NCBI GenBank assembly: GCA_951406725.2
Contig: OX597816.1
Location: 96,658,001 to 96,722,000, forward strand
Reading direction: 5' to 3'
From: Octopus vulgaris
Taxonomy: Eukaryota
DNA: 64,000 nt
Below are positions 24,241 through 38,586 of the stretch, in pieces. The notes below the pieces were generated by a model that ran no database searches, had not been told where the DNA came from, and was given only the letters and a program-made list of their open reading frames with translations. A program made the translations under genes and the position numbers. Positions within the stretch are counted from its first letter, which is position 1, and each line of letters begins with the position of its first letter.

Positions 24241-26290
24241 ATAATAATAATTATAGTTTTTATTTAGACATAAGTTCAGCAATTTTGAAGAAACTCTTAG
24301 ACTGTTACTTTGATTTATTGACCCCGGAAGGCCGAACTCGGAGGATTTAAACACAGAATGCAAAGAGATGGAACAAATACCACAAAGTACTTTCCAGATG
24401 CTCTTAAAATTCAGCCAAAGCACGTCCTATATTTCTGAAATAAGCAAAAGGTCGCAAATTAAAGGTAAGAAGTTACTCAATTGCATCGATCTCAGTACTT
24501 GACTGGTTGTCTATTTTATTGAAGACGGAATGATTAAAGACGAAGTTGACTACGATGGACATAGAATGCCCTTAGGGAACAGAATATGCAATACCAACGG
24601 TAAAAAGAAAATTAACAATATGAAACGCACCAATACGTATAGTTCAATAAACTGTGTACGGGGATACCGATATTTCGTTTGAGTTATTAACTTTGAGATA
24701 CATAGTGTGGCCAAGAGAGTTAGCAGATGCAACAGGAAAACAGCAACATTCACACACACGTCAAAAAAGTGTAAAAACTATTTTCGAAAACAGCAGTTTT
24801 AGTTGTGTTAGTGAAACAAAAGAAAAAAAATTGGATATGTACAGTACATGCAAAAGAGAGTGGTTTGACAAAATTGTCAGACTATAGAAAGTCATATATT
24901 TGCGCATATTAAAAATAGTGAGAGATTTCAGTTGCTTTCTCAGTGGACGGAATATGCTCTTAATTATGTGTTGCGAGAAGTACTCGGCGTTTCACGTGGT
25001 GAAGTCCTGCTGAACTATATGCCTGATAGTGAGTATAGAGACCACAATGAGAAAGCAGCTGAAACTGTGATACACCAGCCCGTATATTTGTACTAAATGT
25101 ACATGTACATGGGCAAAATTAAAGCAAAGGTAGTACTTAGGGGCATCGGCCACAACGCTGACCTCGGGTTTGTTGTTGCCTTTGTATCGCTATATGAAAA
25201 GGTGATCTGTGCAGAGGTCAATAGAGGAGATATATTGTGGTGAGGTTGAGTTAATTTACAAGTTCTAACTATCCTTGAATATCGCAGAGCTTACCCACAT
25301 GAAAAAAAAAAACAGAAACAAAAGACGTGAAACAAATGGTATTGAGCAAAAAGCTAAGTTGTTATTGTTAAGATTGCAAGAAAAGCTTAAAAGCTGGAAG
25401 AGTAGTAGACAATGGAAATCAACATACTTCAATCTTCAGGGTATAATCGGTCACAATCCCAGAAACTGATGTCACCAATCTCACCAACGATTGTAGCTCC
25501 GAGAGCAACTGGAAAACACGCCTTACTTTCTGTCCCAGAAACGAACGACGTTGAATATCTCCATCGGCTTGTGATGAACTGTCGTGGTGGGTTTTTTTTG
25601 GGGGGGGGTTTGGTTGGGGGAGACGAAGAGGGTTAAGCTTCCAGTTGAGACCATCAAATGTAAAATATCCCGAAAAAGACAAATGAACCTAAGGGTGACC
25701 AAAAGTTCAAAGTATTTCCTAAAAGTCTGACTCGCAGAGTCTTCGTCAAACTGCAAATAGAAAACGAACGACTAATAGATGGCCTAACTGAAGTACAAGA
25801 ATATTTTGAAAAAGACAGACTGAAAATATGCGTAAACGTGATACCACTAAGTAGAACATGACAGAGACAAGCTGGCTCGAGACAGTAATATGATTTTTAA
25901 TCATTGCTCTACATAAACTACCGAGACGTGAACCCTTTCTTGCTCTTTACCAGCACTCGAATTTTCGGGATGAAAGATTTCCAGTAACTTCACAGAATAG
26001 AGAAGAGAAGTAATTAGAGTTTTGTAGCGCTCTAATCCAATCAAAGCAAAATGACATTTTCTGATATCTTGATTAAATATATAGTGTGATCTTTCATAAA
26101 CTTTCTTGTTATTCTGTTTCCTTTATTACACTTTTAAGCCACCTGTTGTATAACGTCTGCACTTCGACGACTCATCTTCTCACCCATTCTATATAACTTT
26201 GTTCATCCTGTTCCATATGTATCATAGTCCTAATCTCTTTAGTATATATATGAGTCCTTTGTAGGTGATAAATTATTATCATCATCTTCA

Positions 26291-26388
<98 letters not shown>

Positions 26389-26814
26389 CTTGTTTTGTAG
26401 TGATTGTTTTTGTTGTTTTCGTCATCGTCATCATCATCATCATCATCGCCACCGCCACCACTACCATCATCATCATCTCCCCCACTTCGGTAAGTATCAC
26501 ACGTTAACAAGGAGAGGAAATGTAATTATGTGACGTTCAGGATTTTATTAAGAGTGTTAGCGGCATAAATGAATGGAATAATTGGCTTCAATTAAGACTC
26601 ACAATCTACTTGTTGCTGATTAATCTTACTAGAAGCTTATGCCTTGTTCTACAGCACTTATCATAATTCAGTATATTTGAAATCTAAAGAGACCTGGAGA
26701 CAAAGGAATTTCAATAGTGATGGACAAATTGCAGAGCTGTGCTTAACTGCATCCGCTTTCTTTTGAGATCAAATCTTGCCGAATTACTAATCTACAACTG
26801 AGAATGATTTAATC

Positions 26815-27177
26815 CAGTGGTTCTCAACCGGAGTTCATATGGCCCCTGAGAGTCCATATAAAGTTTGTGGGGCGAAGAAGTGGGGTCCACGCAACAAAAC
26901 AGTAAATTGAAGATACACAATAGTATTTTAAGTGCCCCTGAAAAAAAAGTTTGCTTTAGATATATGTATGGATATATATTGCAAGAAACAGCTAGGTTTC
27001 TTTCTCTTAACATTCTACCTAGTTTAATCTATACAAGTTAATGTGTGAAAAACAAAATAGGAATTTTGAAAGAAGTTTCTATACAACTAATTTTTAAACA
27101 TCGAATGGCTATGGGAGTCCACCAGAATAAAACTGTAATCAAAGGAGTCTATAAGCAACAAATGGCTGAAAACCCTG
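26815..27177. mobile_element. hAT (Charlie-like) MITE
   Basis: Termini CAGTGGTTCTCAACC / GGCTGAAAACCCTG. 8-bp TSD ATTTAATC / ATTTAACC. Confidence 0.8.
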
Positions 27178-27544
27178 ATTTAACCGATGATACCCAGTTC
27201 CATAATTTAAGGCCATGTAACTATTAGAAATCTAGAATTTTAACCTTTCGTCTATTGATTTTTTTAAATTTTTTGGTATTTTGTTACAGATTTTTCTTTT
27301 TTTTTTCTAAGTATGTATTAAAAGGTAAATGGTGTGTTGTGATATTTATAGCCCTATCGGCAGCATGAGATAATGGTGTCAGTTACGCCAAGATTTTAAT
27401 CTTTATTTTTCTTTTCCTTTCTTTTATCTTTAAAAAACTGAAAGTCTCTGGTGGAACAGTTAAGTTTCAATATGATTACTTTGATTATTAATAAAACAGT
27501 AATATGAGATTTTTCATGAAATCTGCGGTTAAACGTTGTCATAA

Positions 27545-27870
27545 ACTACCTTCCCGGCCCCAGCAGACAAAATGGAAAAGGTGTTGCGCCGGAGGATGGC
27601 GAGGGACATGCACTAAAACTGCCACTCTGACTCATGGGGCTCACGCTTGCGGAGAGCCATCTCCGCTCCGATAGCGGTGAGCCGGGGACTAAGAACGTCG
27701 GAGGTCTCCACTACCAAAGGCTCGATCATAAACCTGTCGGAGAGCGACCGATACTTAGACTGCTTGCTTTTCTCAGCCTGACAAGCAGCGGAGCCTGGGC
27801 TGGTAGCTGACTGCACCAAGTTGCTTACTACAGAAGGTATCATAGCATGGGGCATCCCAAACGAGGGGAC
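27545..27870 (-). pseudogene. CRE-clade non-LTR element, endonuclease C-terminus
   Basis: GSAACQAEKSKQSKYRSLSDRFMIEPLVVETSDVL...SLAILRRN. Confidence 0.65.
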
Positions 27871-28109
27871 TGCCACCACTTTCATCTTCCCCTTCACCCT
27901 TATTCTGTTTTAGGATTAAGCAGTCCGATGTTTACCTAAACATCACAAACTTATTGGGAAGGAATATTTCACCCATACAAGACAGGTAAAGAGAGAATGT
28001 GAAACCCAGTTGGATTTGAACTCAGGACGTAAAAGGAGGTGAGGAAAACATTTAATTCGTTATGCTAAAGTTACTGCCTGTCACATTATCATCCAAGTCT
28101 CATTTTTAA

Positions 28110-28506
28110 ATCTATCTATCTTTTATCTTTTACTCGTTTCAGTCATTTGACTGCGGCCATGCTGGAGCACCACCTTTAGTCGAGCAAATCGACCCCGGGA
28201 CTTATTCTTTGTAAGCCCAGTACTTATTCTATCGGTCTCTTTTGCCGAACCGCTAAGTGACGGGGACATAAACACACCAGCATTAGTTGTCAAGCAATGC
28301 TAGGGGGACAAACACAGACACACAAACACACATACATATACATATATATACATATATACGACAGGCTTCTTTCAGTTTCCGTCTACCAAATACACTCACA
28401 AGGCATTGGTCGGCCCGGGGCTATAGCAGAAGACACTTGCCCAAGATGCCACGCAGTGGGACTGAACCCAGAACCATGTGGTTGGTTAGCAAGCTACTTA
28501 CCACAC
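28110..28506 (-). mobile_element. SINE family B, full length with central microsatellite
   Basis: tRNA-like head, TTGGGCAAGTGTCTTCT, internal (TG/TA)n and AAAAGAT tail. Confidence 0.75.
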
Positions 28507-29076
28507 AGGAACAACTTCCACAAAACTAAGTTTTTGCTTGTTTACATGAGATTTATTGTTTTTCTCGATGGATCTGCTTTATTATAAAGCTGTCAGCTAG
28601 TCACATCGATGAAAATCATGGAAATCTCCAAATGATATCGCATATCCGGCAACTGTTGTCAAAATTTCATTTCTTCTACCGCTGTATCGTTGTTAACTAA
28701 ACCAACATGGCGTTTCACAAGAAACGACAGAATAAAGTAACCAACTAATTAATGACTGTTATTTTGTGAAATCTCTCGTTTTTGGTTTTATATTTAACAT
28801 TATCTTGCTTCCTCGTAATTTCAGATATGTGAAATTCGTGCCAGATTCTATCAGTTTCCAAGCAAAACAATACAATTACAGCATGCTATCGTCAGACATG
28901 AGAGAATATATAGAAATAACAAAACAGAAGCATACCTTATGAGACTTTATCTGCGTGAGCGTTCTGAAATAATGAATTGGCGATAAAAAAAGAATTTAGC
29001 TTTTTTTTTCGCTAAACACCCAATTTATCGATTCAAGGGAGCATTATTAAAAACCTCATTTATGTGTGCATATATT

Positions 29077-29157
<81 letters not shown>

Positions 29158-29849
29158 CGTGTGTGTGTATGTAGGTATGTATATTTCTGCATTTATTTTT
29201 TTTCTCCCCTGTTCTTTCTTTTGCGATATTTTCTCTAATAAGGAACAATGAACCATTAGAAACCTAGAAATTCCGTGTACGACAGTATAAATGAAAAAAA
29301 AAAAGTCAAGATATGAACGGATTATGTACGTGTATGTATGCGTGTATGTATGTATGTATGTATGTATGTATGTATGTATGTATGTATGTATGTATGTATG
29401 TATGTATGTATGTGTATGTATACATGTGTGTGTATGTGTGTTATATACGATGTAAATTTTCAACAATCCAAACCATTCGTTCGACAGATTATTTTGTTTA
29501 TTCTCTCTCGTTAAACTTACAATAGACATTGATATACATTTATACTTAGATACAAATGAGTATGTATATGTTTGCAAGCATTATTGCATTGTGTATTTTA
29601 TATAAACACATGTATATATGGATTATGCATTTGCATGTTTGTATGTTTGTGCGTGTTCTTATTTCGAGTCCATAACTATTTCTTTTCCATTTTTGTTTCC
29701 TGAAAATTACTTGAAAAAAGTTTTTGAAAATGTATTGCAAATTAGTGAACGATCACAGTTTCTGCAATCTGATATGTGAGGCAGTATTCAAAAGCACGAA
29801 TACATAAAATCATATATACCTATATAGACTTAGCTTGTGATTATGTATG

Positions 29850-29883
<34 letters not shown>

Positions 29884-29957
29884 TGTATGTATGTATGTAT
29901 GTATGAATGATTGCATGTATGTATGTATGTATGTATGTATGATTGTATGTATGTATG

Positions 29958-30300
29958 TGCTGGAGTGCTGAGACCCCCTTCGGTCATGACTGACCATGGG
30001 ATTGCACCTAGAAAGTTACCCTCCCAGGCACAAGTCCGGGCAAGGTTGTTTATGGAAGATCAGCAGTCGCCCATGCATACCAGCCTCCCCTCTCCACGCC
30101 ACCAGTGTTTATCCAAGGGAAAGGCAAAGGCCGATACAGCTTAGCACCTGTGACGTCGCAACTCATTTCTACAGCTGAGTGAACTGGAGCAACGTGAAAT
30201 AAAGTGTCTTGCTCAAGAACACAACACGCAGGTCGGTTCGGGATTCGAACTCACAAGCTCACGATCGGAAGCTCGACTATCTAACCACTGAGCCATGTGC
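29958..30300 (-). mobile_element. tRNA-derived CORE-like SINE
   Basis: TGGCTCAGTGGTTAG...GAGTTCGAATCCC...TTCTTGAGCAAGACACTT...CACTCAGCTGTAGAAATGAGT. Confidence 0.72.
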
Positions 30301-30469
30301 TTTCACATGCATGTATGTATATCTATATATATATGCGTACACACACGCGCGCACGCACACATGCATACATACATTATATATATATATCGTCAATAGTACA
30401 TATATCCGAAAAAAAGAAGTACACTCTAAAGCATTAGAGCAGTAATAAATTTTTTAGGGAATTAAAATT

Positions 30470-31160
30470 TATGGCCGGTCATAGAGTGACTATTGGTTTC
30501 GCATCTATAAATCGTTTAACAGTATAGGTGACACGTGAGACTCAAATGGCTGAAGGCGCATAACTTCTCTACAACTGGAGGAAGAAATACGTAACGATCG
30601 GTTGGTTTTGTAAACAGAAAATAACTGCCCGTGCTACGAGCGGGATGGGGTTAACTCCTTACCCCGGCTCCGGCCATGCTGATATTCGAAGGGGCGGTCG
30701 TGGAGCTCTTCAACAAATGGTATATTCCAAGCCTGAAGTGGGAAACGTTTTAGATGCAGGCATTGACTGAATACTCCTTTCTTGGAGTTTAAAAAGGACC
30801 CCGGGTCGAACGTGTTTTTTAGGATTCTTGTTCTCTCAGCCAACCAAAGCTTACTCCGTTTGCTCCTGTTTATATAAGCCCCTAGTTGTCCAATGAGCTT
30901 CCATTTAATTAAGTATCGGCTTCCTTCCTCTTTTAAACGTCATACGTGGCTGCCCAAGGACGTGATGTTGCACCTTTCCAGTATCCTAAAAGAGGACTTG
31001 TGGTTGTTCAGATGTTGCTTAAAGGGGGGCGTAGTTGAACCGATATATTTTTGTGTTTATGTATTGGATGTGCTACCACCGACGATGTTTCTTTCGTTAA
31101 CTCCGCGTCTGGTGTTGTTTTTGTTACTGCTGGTGTCCACATTCAGGAATATCAGCACTG
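30470..31160 (-). mobile_element. PLE 3' fragment (GIY-YIG remnant plus terminal repeat)
   Basis: YIGSTTPPFKQHLNNHKSSF...IKWKLI...LNSKKGVFSQCLH. Degenerate CTGTTAA...GAAACCAATAGTC motif at about 30495-30535. Confidence 0.65.
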
Positions 31161-31175
31161 GCAGCGACTTCATCG

Positions 31176-31199
<24 letters not shown>

Positions 31200-31216
<17 letters not shown>

Positions 31217-31685
31217 GAGTGAGAGAGTAGCACATACCATCAAAGCAACACTGGGGTAAAAAAAAAATGATAAAAGTACACCAGGCAGATGCCGTTAAAA
31301 CCTCATGTGCTCGACGTGGTGACCTCGTATCAAGATAAACAGGGCATGAACTTGCAAGTGGGAGACAAAATTTTCTTTAGGTCGAGTAGCCCATCGCGCT
31401 CAAAAGGTCCCTGAATAAGGATTGTTTAAGGATGATGAACAAAACACCCCTATTTCCAGGGGTGAATTATTCAATTGAATTAATTGAATTAATCAAACTG
31501 CAAACGATCCCTCTGAACAAATGGCTATCAAGCTCCCCCACTACTCCTGCTCGCGATCAGAGATGCACATATCGAATTGAGCAGAATATTTGCAGTAGCC
31601 CAAGAGCAAACATGTATGAGCTAATACTTCCAATCAGTTAAGATCAGTAGCCATGAAAGCAACGGCCTGATACTGCATTAATGTT
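31200..31685 (-). mobile_element. (AAT)n-flanked non-autonomous retroelement; second copy at 49945-50515 (+)
   Basis: Shares CTGATCTTAACTGATTGGAAG, GCATCTCTGATC and CTCTCTCACTCAATAATAAT with the other copy. Confidence 0.65.
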
Positions 31686-31742
31686 TGGTTTTTATTATTA
31701 TTGTTGTTGTTGTTGCTGTTGTTGTTGTTGTTGTTGTTGTTG

Positions 31743-31821
<79 letters not shown>

Positions 31822-31838
31822 CATTATTATTATCATTA

Positions 31839-32055
31839 GGCGGCAAGCTGTCAGAATCGTAAACACGCCGGAAAGAATGCTTCGTGGCATTTCTTCCGAC
31901 TTTACGTTCTTAGTTCAAATTTCTCCGAGGTTGTCTTTGGCCTTCATCCTTTCACTATATATGATACAAATACCAGTTGAACACTGGGGTCGATGTAATC
32001 GATTACTCCCCACCACTAAAATTTCAGGCCCTGAGGTTTGAATAGAAAGATTATT
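31839..32055 (+). mobile_element. MetaSINE-like SINE
   Basis: Same family as 6687-6897. Confidence 0.68.
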
Positions 32056-32311
32056 ATTATTTTTGTTGATGTTGTTGCTGTCGTCGCTGTCGATGTTGTA
32101 GTAGTACGTATCTAATAAACATACGCATATATCTCTATAACTACTTAGATTACTTTCTGCTTAATTTGGTGCTTTTAATGAACACTTATACCTGAAGCTC
32201 TATAAAATTTTGTATTACCATATGTCTATACGTATATATATATATGTTTGAGGGTGTTTGTATATGTGTTTGTCTGTGGTGTGTATTGTGCATATCAACA
32301 TAAACAGATGT

Positions 32312-32352
<41 letters not shown>

Positions 32353-33269
32353 ATATGATGTATGTATGCATGCATGTATGTATGTATGCATGAGTATATA
32401 TATATATATATACATGAATTTATTTAAAAGCATAATATTCAAAATATACATATATATATGCATACACACACAAACACAGAAAAAGACACGTGCGCACACA
32501 CACGCACGCACACACACGCACGCACACACACGCACGCACACACACGCACGCACACACACGCACGCACACACACGCACGCACACACACGCACGCACACACA
32601 CGCACGCACACACACGCACGCACACACACGCACGCACACACACGCACGCACACACACGCACGCACACACACACGGTCTACGCATGTATTAGTGCGACAGA
32701 TGTTTACATGATTTAACATTATCAGAATCAAATCAAAAGTTATTAAAGTTATTATATACGTACACACGTATGTTTGTCCATAAACACACATGCACATACA
32801 TATATACACACACACACATACATACATACATACATACATACATACATACATACATACATACATACATACATACATACATACACACAAACACGCGCACGCA
32901 TATATATATATAATTGGGAATAATCAAAGCTACCTCTTTTTTATATATATTACAGCTGTGTGTTCTCAAATTAAAATCAAAGTTCAATTATTTTATTTAC
33001 ATCACGTATAATTTACATTTCACTACGAAATGTAAAGTTACACCCAAATGCTAACAACCAGCAAAGAAATTACATCTCTCTTGAGATGGAACTTTTTTTC
33101 TCTTTTCTTTTCATTTTTCAGTTTTCAGAGTAGACAAAACATGCTGCTAGTGTTTACTGTACTGCTCTCTGTCTAGTCATGTAACACTGCACATTACAGC
33201 TGTTTCCTTTTAGCTACACTTTATTCACTCCGCTCATTTGAGCCCCGCCATTCATGTACATAACATTAC

Positions 33270-34420
33270 ATATCAAGCGGAATACGCTTACTTTGATAGG
33301 TTTCGGCTATTATTGGCCCAGGCCATGTCTAACTTAATAACATCACCTTACTTCATTTATTTCTCTGCTTTTGTAGCTCTTCCACATCCCATTGCCCATA
33401 TTTTGCTACCATGCAATATCACGTTCGTAAGTATTATATAATCTGCCTTTTTTACTCGGAAAGGTAATCCTTTTGATGCCAACACAAGTAATAGTTCTCT
33501 GACCTTTTTCCATCCGCTCTTTCCTGGCTACTTCCCAGAAGCTGCCAACTAATTCATTCGAACGAATTTATTTCATTACTAATCTTATTGATTACTGCTC
33601 TTCTGTTCTCCGCAACGTACAGAATCTTTCTTCTCTACCATCTTACTTATACCTTAAATGCCTCTCCTGTGCAACCATAGCTAACCTTAGGTAACTTTTC
33701 TGCATATCATGTATGGCCAATTCTCAGAGGCACTAACTTCTGCATTTATTCTTGCTAACTAAGACTTTGTCTTTTCTAGATTTAGCCCTCTAAATTCTAG
33801 GTTCTACTTCCATATTTGATCCATTTTTACTCAAGTTGTTGACTGATTCAGCTACAAAATCTACGTCAGATGCTTATAGGAGTGCACGAGTTCTCACATA
33901 GAAAGTGTTTTTAACTCTTCTGCTATGGCCCTGCTATGGTTCATGAACGATAATTCACTTCTAAAAACATGCTAAATTCTTTACTGAACTCATTCTTAAT
34001 TCTCACTTAAAAGATAGTGCCACAATACATGCCTTGCTATACTCTCACAAGCCATTTATCTGCATCCAGTTTCTTAGCGACCATCAACTTACAACAGATC
34101 TAGGCATCTTATCAAAGGAATTTTCTAGTACAATGAATGTTAGGTTTATAAGTCTTCTTGAATAAGAATGTCTGAAACTGTCTCACAAATAACAGAGCAT
34201 CCCGCGTACTCATCCTAGAGTTATTTAGACAAGTTCTCTTTTTAAATGACTACTACTTTCATAATTTGATCCACTGGTTTAATACATTTGTAATTGCCTG
34301 TTTGTAGAGTATTGGTTTGGCACTTTTACCAGTTGACCATGATACTATAACCGTTCCTATACTTCCTAACCTTGGTGACTATTCGAATGGCGAACAGGCG
34401 TCCAACTTACACCATTTTCA
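33270..34420 (-). pseudogene. Heavily decayed RTE-like LINE fragment
   Basis: Remnants homologous to the RT region at 53500-54700 (KAFDK/R.., YASDV.., LESKGL.., KFRELLL..). Confidence 0.5.
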
Positions 34421-34701
34421 GCAACTCCGAGACAATCTCTCATCTATTTTTAATGTCTTTAAATTCTTCATGAACCATTTCAGCATACACATATCAACTC
34501 CAACAACAGATACTTCCGCTGAATCTGTTCTAGTAGTCACTCACTCTCTCTCTCTCTCCTTTTTCAATGCTTTCTTTTGATTCAGTAAGTACGCGAAGTA
34601 GCATTCCCATGCCTTTTTCGTCTTAATTTTGAATAGCGCGCTAATATCATTCCTTACACGCACACACACACACACATATTTTTGTATGTGCATGTGTGTG
34701 T

Positions 34702-34732
<31 letters not shown>

Positions 34733-35052
34733 AATTTATTGTACATTTCTATGGACACAATTCACAGGATTCAAAACTCACTCCAGGTTAAATGTATTTA
34801 AGTATGCAATACAGGAGTCATACACATAACAAATTGTAGTAATTGCTTGACTAATTCTTTTCACAGGAAGGTAATTAAGACTGGAACACAATTATCTTAC
34901 ATATAATAGGTATTAGCAGGAGTTTTATTTATGCTGAACTCAAAAACTAGAAATTCTGTCAATGATATTAACCCGAATTTAAATTTAACTTTATTTAAAG
35001 TATGTAGTATCAAATGTTTCTCAACATCTTATTATAACCGATTCCACTATCA

Positions 35053-35271
35053 TTTACTCTTTATCTATTTTACTTGTTTCTGTCACTAAACTGCGGCCAT
35101 GCTGGGACATTGCCTTGAAGAATTTTTACCCCAATACTTATATTTTTAAGCCAGGTACTTATAAACTCACCAGCACCGGTTTTCAAGCGGTAATGGTGGG
35201 ACAAACACAGACACAAGGAAACACAAACATAGAAACACACACACATACACACACGCGCACGCACCACACAC

Positions 35272-35319
<48 letters not shown>

Positions 35320-35473
35320 GACGGTCTCCTTTCAGTTTCCATCTACCGCTCATAAGGCTTTGTTCGGCCCGAGGTTATAGCAGAAGACACTTGCCCAAGG
35401 TGCTACGCAGTGGCTCTGAACCAGAAACCATGTGGTTGTGTAGGAATCTTCTTACCACACAGCCATGCTTGCA
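35053..35473 (-). mobile_element. SINE family B
   Basis: Same architecture as 28110-28506. Confidence 0.72.
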
Positions 35474-35886
35474 CCTATTGGTGACTTGGGACGAAATGTT
35501 CCAAGGAATAAGAGTTGTCAATCTCAACTCTGTTACTGTGTACATCAAACGATTATATAAAAAAAAGAACGCGAATTGGTTAAAATAGGGTCCACAAGCT
35601 TCAGCCTGCTGGAGCCTATAAGATGGTAGTTAAAGGAAAAATCCAGTTATTTCACAACAGTCATAAATTGTGAAAAACATATTAGCTGTTTGTTAATACC
35701 GGAAGATTGTTATAAAACATAAAAGTACTTCTAATATGGTAAAATTGTAATACAAAAATATAATGAAAAATTCGGACTATGCTGGAATTTAATGAATACA
35801 CAATATATGTGGGCGTGGGTATGTGTGTGTACATACACATATAAATACATACGTATATATACAAACATGTGTGTGTGCGCGTGTGA

Positions 35887-36140
35887 GGATGTATGACCTA
35901 GTGGTTAGGGAGATCGTGGTTTCAATTCCGGTGCGTTGCGTTCTTGAGCAAAATACTTCATCTCATGTTGCTCTACGATCACTTTGACTCCTGACGCGTC
36001 GTACATCATGCACCTGTTCACATCGAGTTGATGAAGGGAGTGAGCTAATGTATAACAAATTTGATCACTATAAACACATCATTTGTGCAGGTCGGACGGC
36101 AAAAGCTGAACACTCAAACGCCGTCTTCGATGGAATAGCC
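35887..36140 (+). mobile_element. CORE-like SINE, degraded
   Basis: GACCTAGTGGTTAGGG...GGTTTCAATTCC...TTCTTGAGCAAAATACTT. Confidence 0.55.
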
Positions 36141-36616
36141 CATCGTATGTGTATGTATGCCCATCGTATGTGTATGTATGAATATGTATGTATATAGATA
36201 TATAGGTAGCTATTCAGAGTTCTGACATGGCAGTTGGCAAGCGACTTCATCTAAGACAGTGAGTTGACTCAGCAACAGTTACATCTTAGATGACTTATGC
36301 TAGATCAAAAAGAAAAAAATTATTACATTCATATTCATTTATTTCTTAATAGTATTCTATAATTCTATATAAAGCTATGTGGTATTGAAAGCATGACTCT
36401 ATTCTATAATCATGATCTTTTTATTTGGTGCTTGTTTTATTTTTTCTTGTTTTTTTTTCATTTTGCATGACCTCCCCACGCGAAAATACGAAGACGAAAA
36501 AAACTTGATAAAAAAGATAAAACTAGCAGACAGTTGTGTTTCCAATACACGTTTAAAAGAAAAGTTGTAACCATGTGTATACGAACGTGTATGTGAGTGC
36601 ATGTGTATATATGCGC

Positions 36617-36656
<40 letters not shown>

Positions 36657-37419
36657 CACATATATATGCATATACATGTGAATCTCTTTCTCTCTCCCCT
36701 ATATATATATGCATAAATATATGCATATGTGTGTGTGTGTGTGTGTGTATATAGAGAGAGATATAGAGATATAATTGTACACGCACACACACACATACAA
36801 ACACAAAAACTCACATACACACACAGATACACACACACATATATATATGAACTGAGAAAATACGTGTGCGTATGTGGTTTTTAAAATTTATGTGTATATG
36901 TATGCGTGATTTATAAGGTTCTCAAGAACACACCAGAGTACATTTCAATTCGTTTAAAGTAAGTATATACAACGCACAAAAAGTGTGAAAGAAAAATCAC
37001 AATTTTTTTAATATATTTCTCGGAGCGACATGTCAAATGTGAAGAAATATAATGGAATGAGCAAACTTTGATACACCAAAGAAAGGAAATATATTTAATC
37101 CTTACCTGACTTACCATTTCTGTGACAGACATTGTACCTAAGATCATTCACTTCATCAGTGAACATATAACAGTTGGACACGCGTGATTGGATATATAAG
37201 CGAGCAAACAAACGAATATCTCCCTTTAAGGCGGCAGTGAATATTCTAAAACGTGCTCAATATGGGAGAAAATTCTTAGAAGCAATTTCGATGTAGCAAT
37301 AACTCAAAAGAACCCAACGGACTGCAAATCAATTCAGCTGTCCTTTTCTCTCTCTCCCACCTGTCTTCCTCTCCCTCCCTTTCTCTCTTTTCTCTGTGTA
37401 TATATTACATACAGTTGCA

Positions 37420-37540
37420 ATTTACAAAAAGCAAAAGACAGGTGCATAAACAACAAACAGGTGTATTAGTTTGATATACGGGGAAGTGAGAAAGTCTTTT
37501 ACGTTTCGAGCCAACGCTCTTCAACAGAAAGGAACATGAT
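37420..37540 (-). mobile_element. Solo PLE terminal-repeat fragment with a minimal hammerhead-like motif
   Basis: CTTT CTGTTGA A GAGC gttg GCTC GAAA CG TA AAAG. Homologous to 59160-59260, which is attached to a GIY-YIG fragment. Confidence 0.6.
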
Positions 37541-37568
37541 GAAATAAATATGCATATACATACGTGTG

Positions 37569-37625
<57 letters not shown>

Positions 37626-37627
<2 letters not shown>

Positions 37628-37775
37628 CGATGTCGTGCTCTGTGATAAAAATCTTGCTTCCCAACCAAATGGCTCCAGGTTCAGTCTCACTGCGTAGCAC
37701 CTTGAGCAAGTGTTTTCTACTATACCTTCAAGCCGACCACCGCCTTGTGAGTGGATTTAGCAGGCGGAAACTATA
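37626..37775 (+). mobile_element. SINE family B head
   Basis: TTCCCAACC...GGTTCAGTCTCACTG...TTGAGCAAGTG. Confidence 0.6.
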
Positions 37776-37792
37776 TGTATTCGCTTGCCCTT

Positions 37793-37847
<55 letters not shown>

Positions 37848-37850
<3 letters not shown>

Positions 37851-38420
37851 CGACAGCTGGAGATTTCAACGGGACAACTTAATGAAGACCACTGACCAAA
37901 TTTGTGGCTGGTGCAAAGTCTCTACCAGACTTAAGGTGACATGGTAGTAAAACAGTGGAGAAGACAGAGCCTTTAAAGAGAAGAGACAGTTCTGGTAGGA
38001 CTGGAAGAAAGGTGGTAGAAGAGAGCTATATCATGTAGTTGAAGGGAAGCTAGGAGACAGGTATATTTAGCTAGGGGAGAAGCAGAATGGAAGAAATTTG
38101 ACAACGTTTTGCGGCGTATGCACTACAGGCTTGAGGTGTTTCGGGTTGTAAGGCAGTGTGTCAGCGAAAATCGTGCGTTCGCATGGATGATGGTTCACTT
38201 GCAGTTAGCGATTCTGCAAAGAAACAGACTTGGAAGTGCCACAATGAAAAGCTGCTAAATGTACAGAATGCATGGGAGAAGGAGGGTCTGTCTAATATAG
38301 ACCGAAAAGGGCAGAGGGACTAGCTATCCGAATCGACAGTAGCTTGATAGATAAAGCAATTAAGGATATGAAGACAGGGAAAGCCACTGGTCCATCAAGA
38401 ATCACCATTGTGATGCTTAA
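37848..38420 (+). pseudogene. RTE LINE internal fragment
   Basis: Homologous to 52850-53440 (DQICGWCKV..., IDKAIKDMKTGKA.GP). Confidence 0.8.
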
Positions 38421-38585
38421 ATCAGAAGCCGGAATCATCTTGGTTAAGCTGACAGTCCCTTATGATAGCCGAGTAGATGAACAACGCGAATTCAAGTTGA
38501 GGAAATGCGATAACTTTGCGAAAGAACGAGCAGAAAAGGGGTACTGTTGCACAGTAAAGGCAGTTGAAGTTGACGCACGGGTGTT

Positions 38586-38586
<1 letters not shown>
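38421..38586 (+). pseudogene. Restriction-like endonuclease fragment of a NeSL/HERO-type non-LTR element
   Basis: IILVKLTVPYDSRVDEQREFKLRK...GY...AVEVDAR matches the ELTVP..K..KY..VEVG.RG pattern. Confidence 0.6.

Noticed and set aside
30225-30300. tRNA gene-like A and B boxes (also in other SINE heads)
   Set aside because: No complete cloverleaf, and the sequence is continuous with a SINE body.
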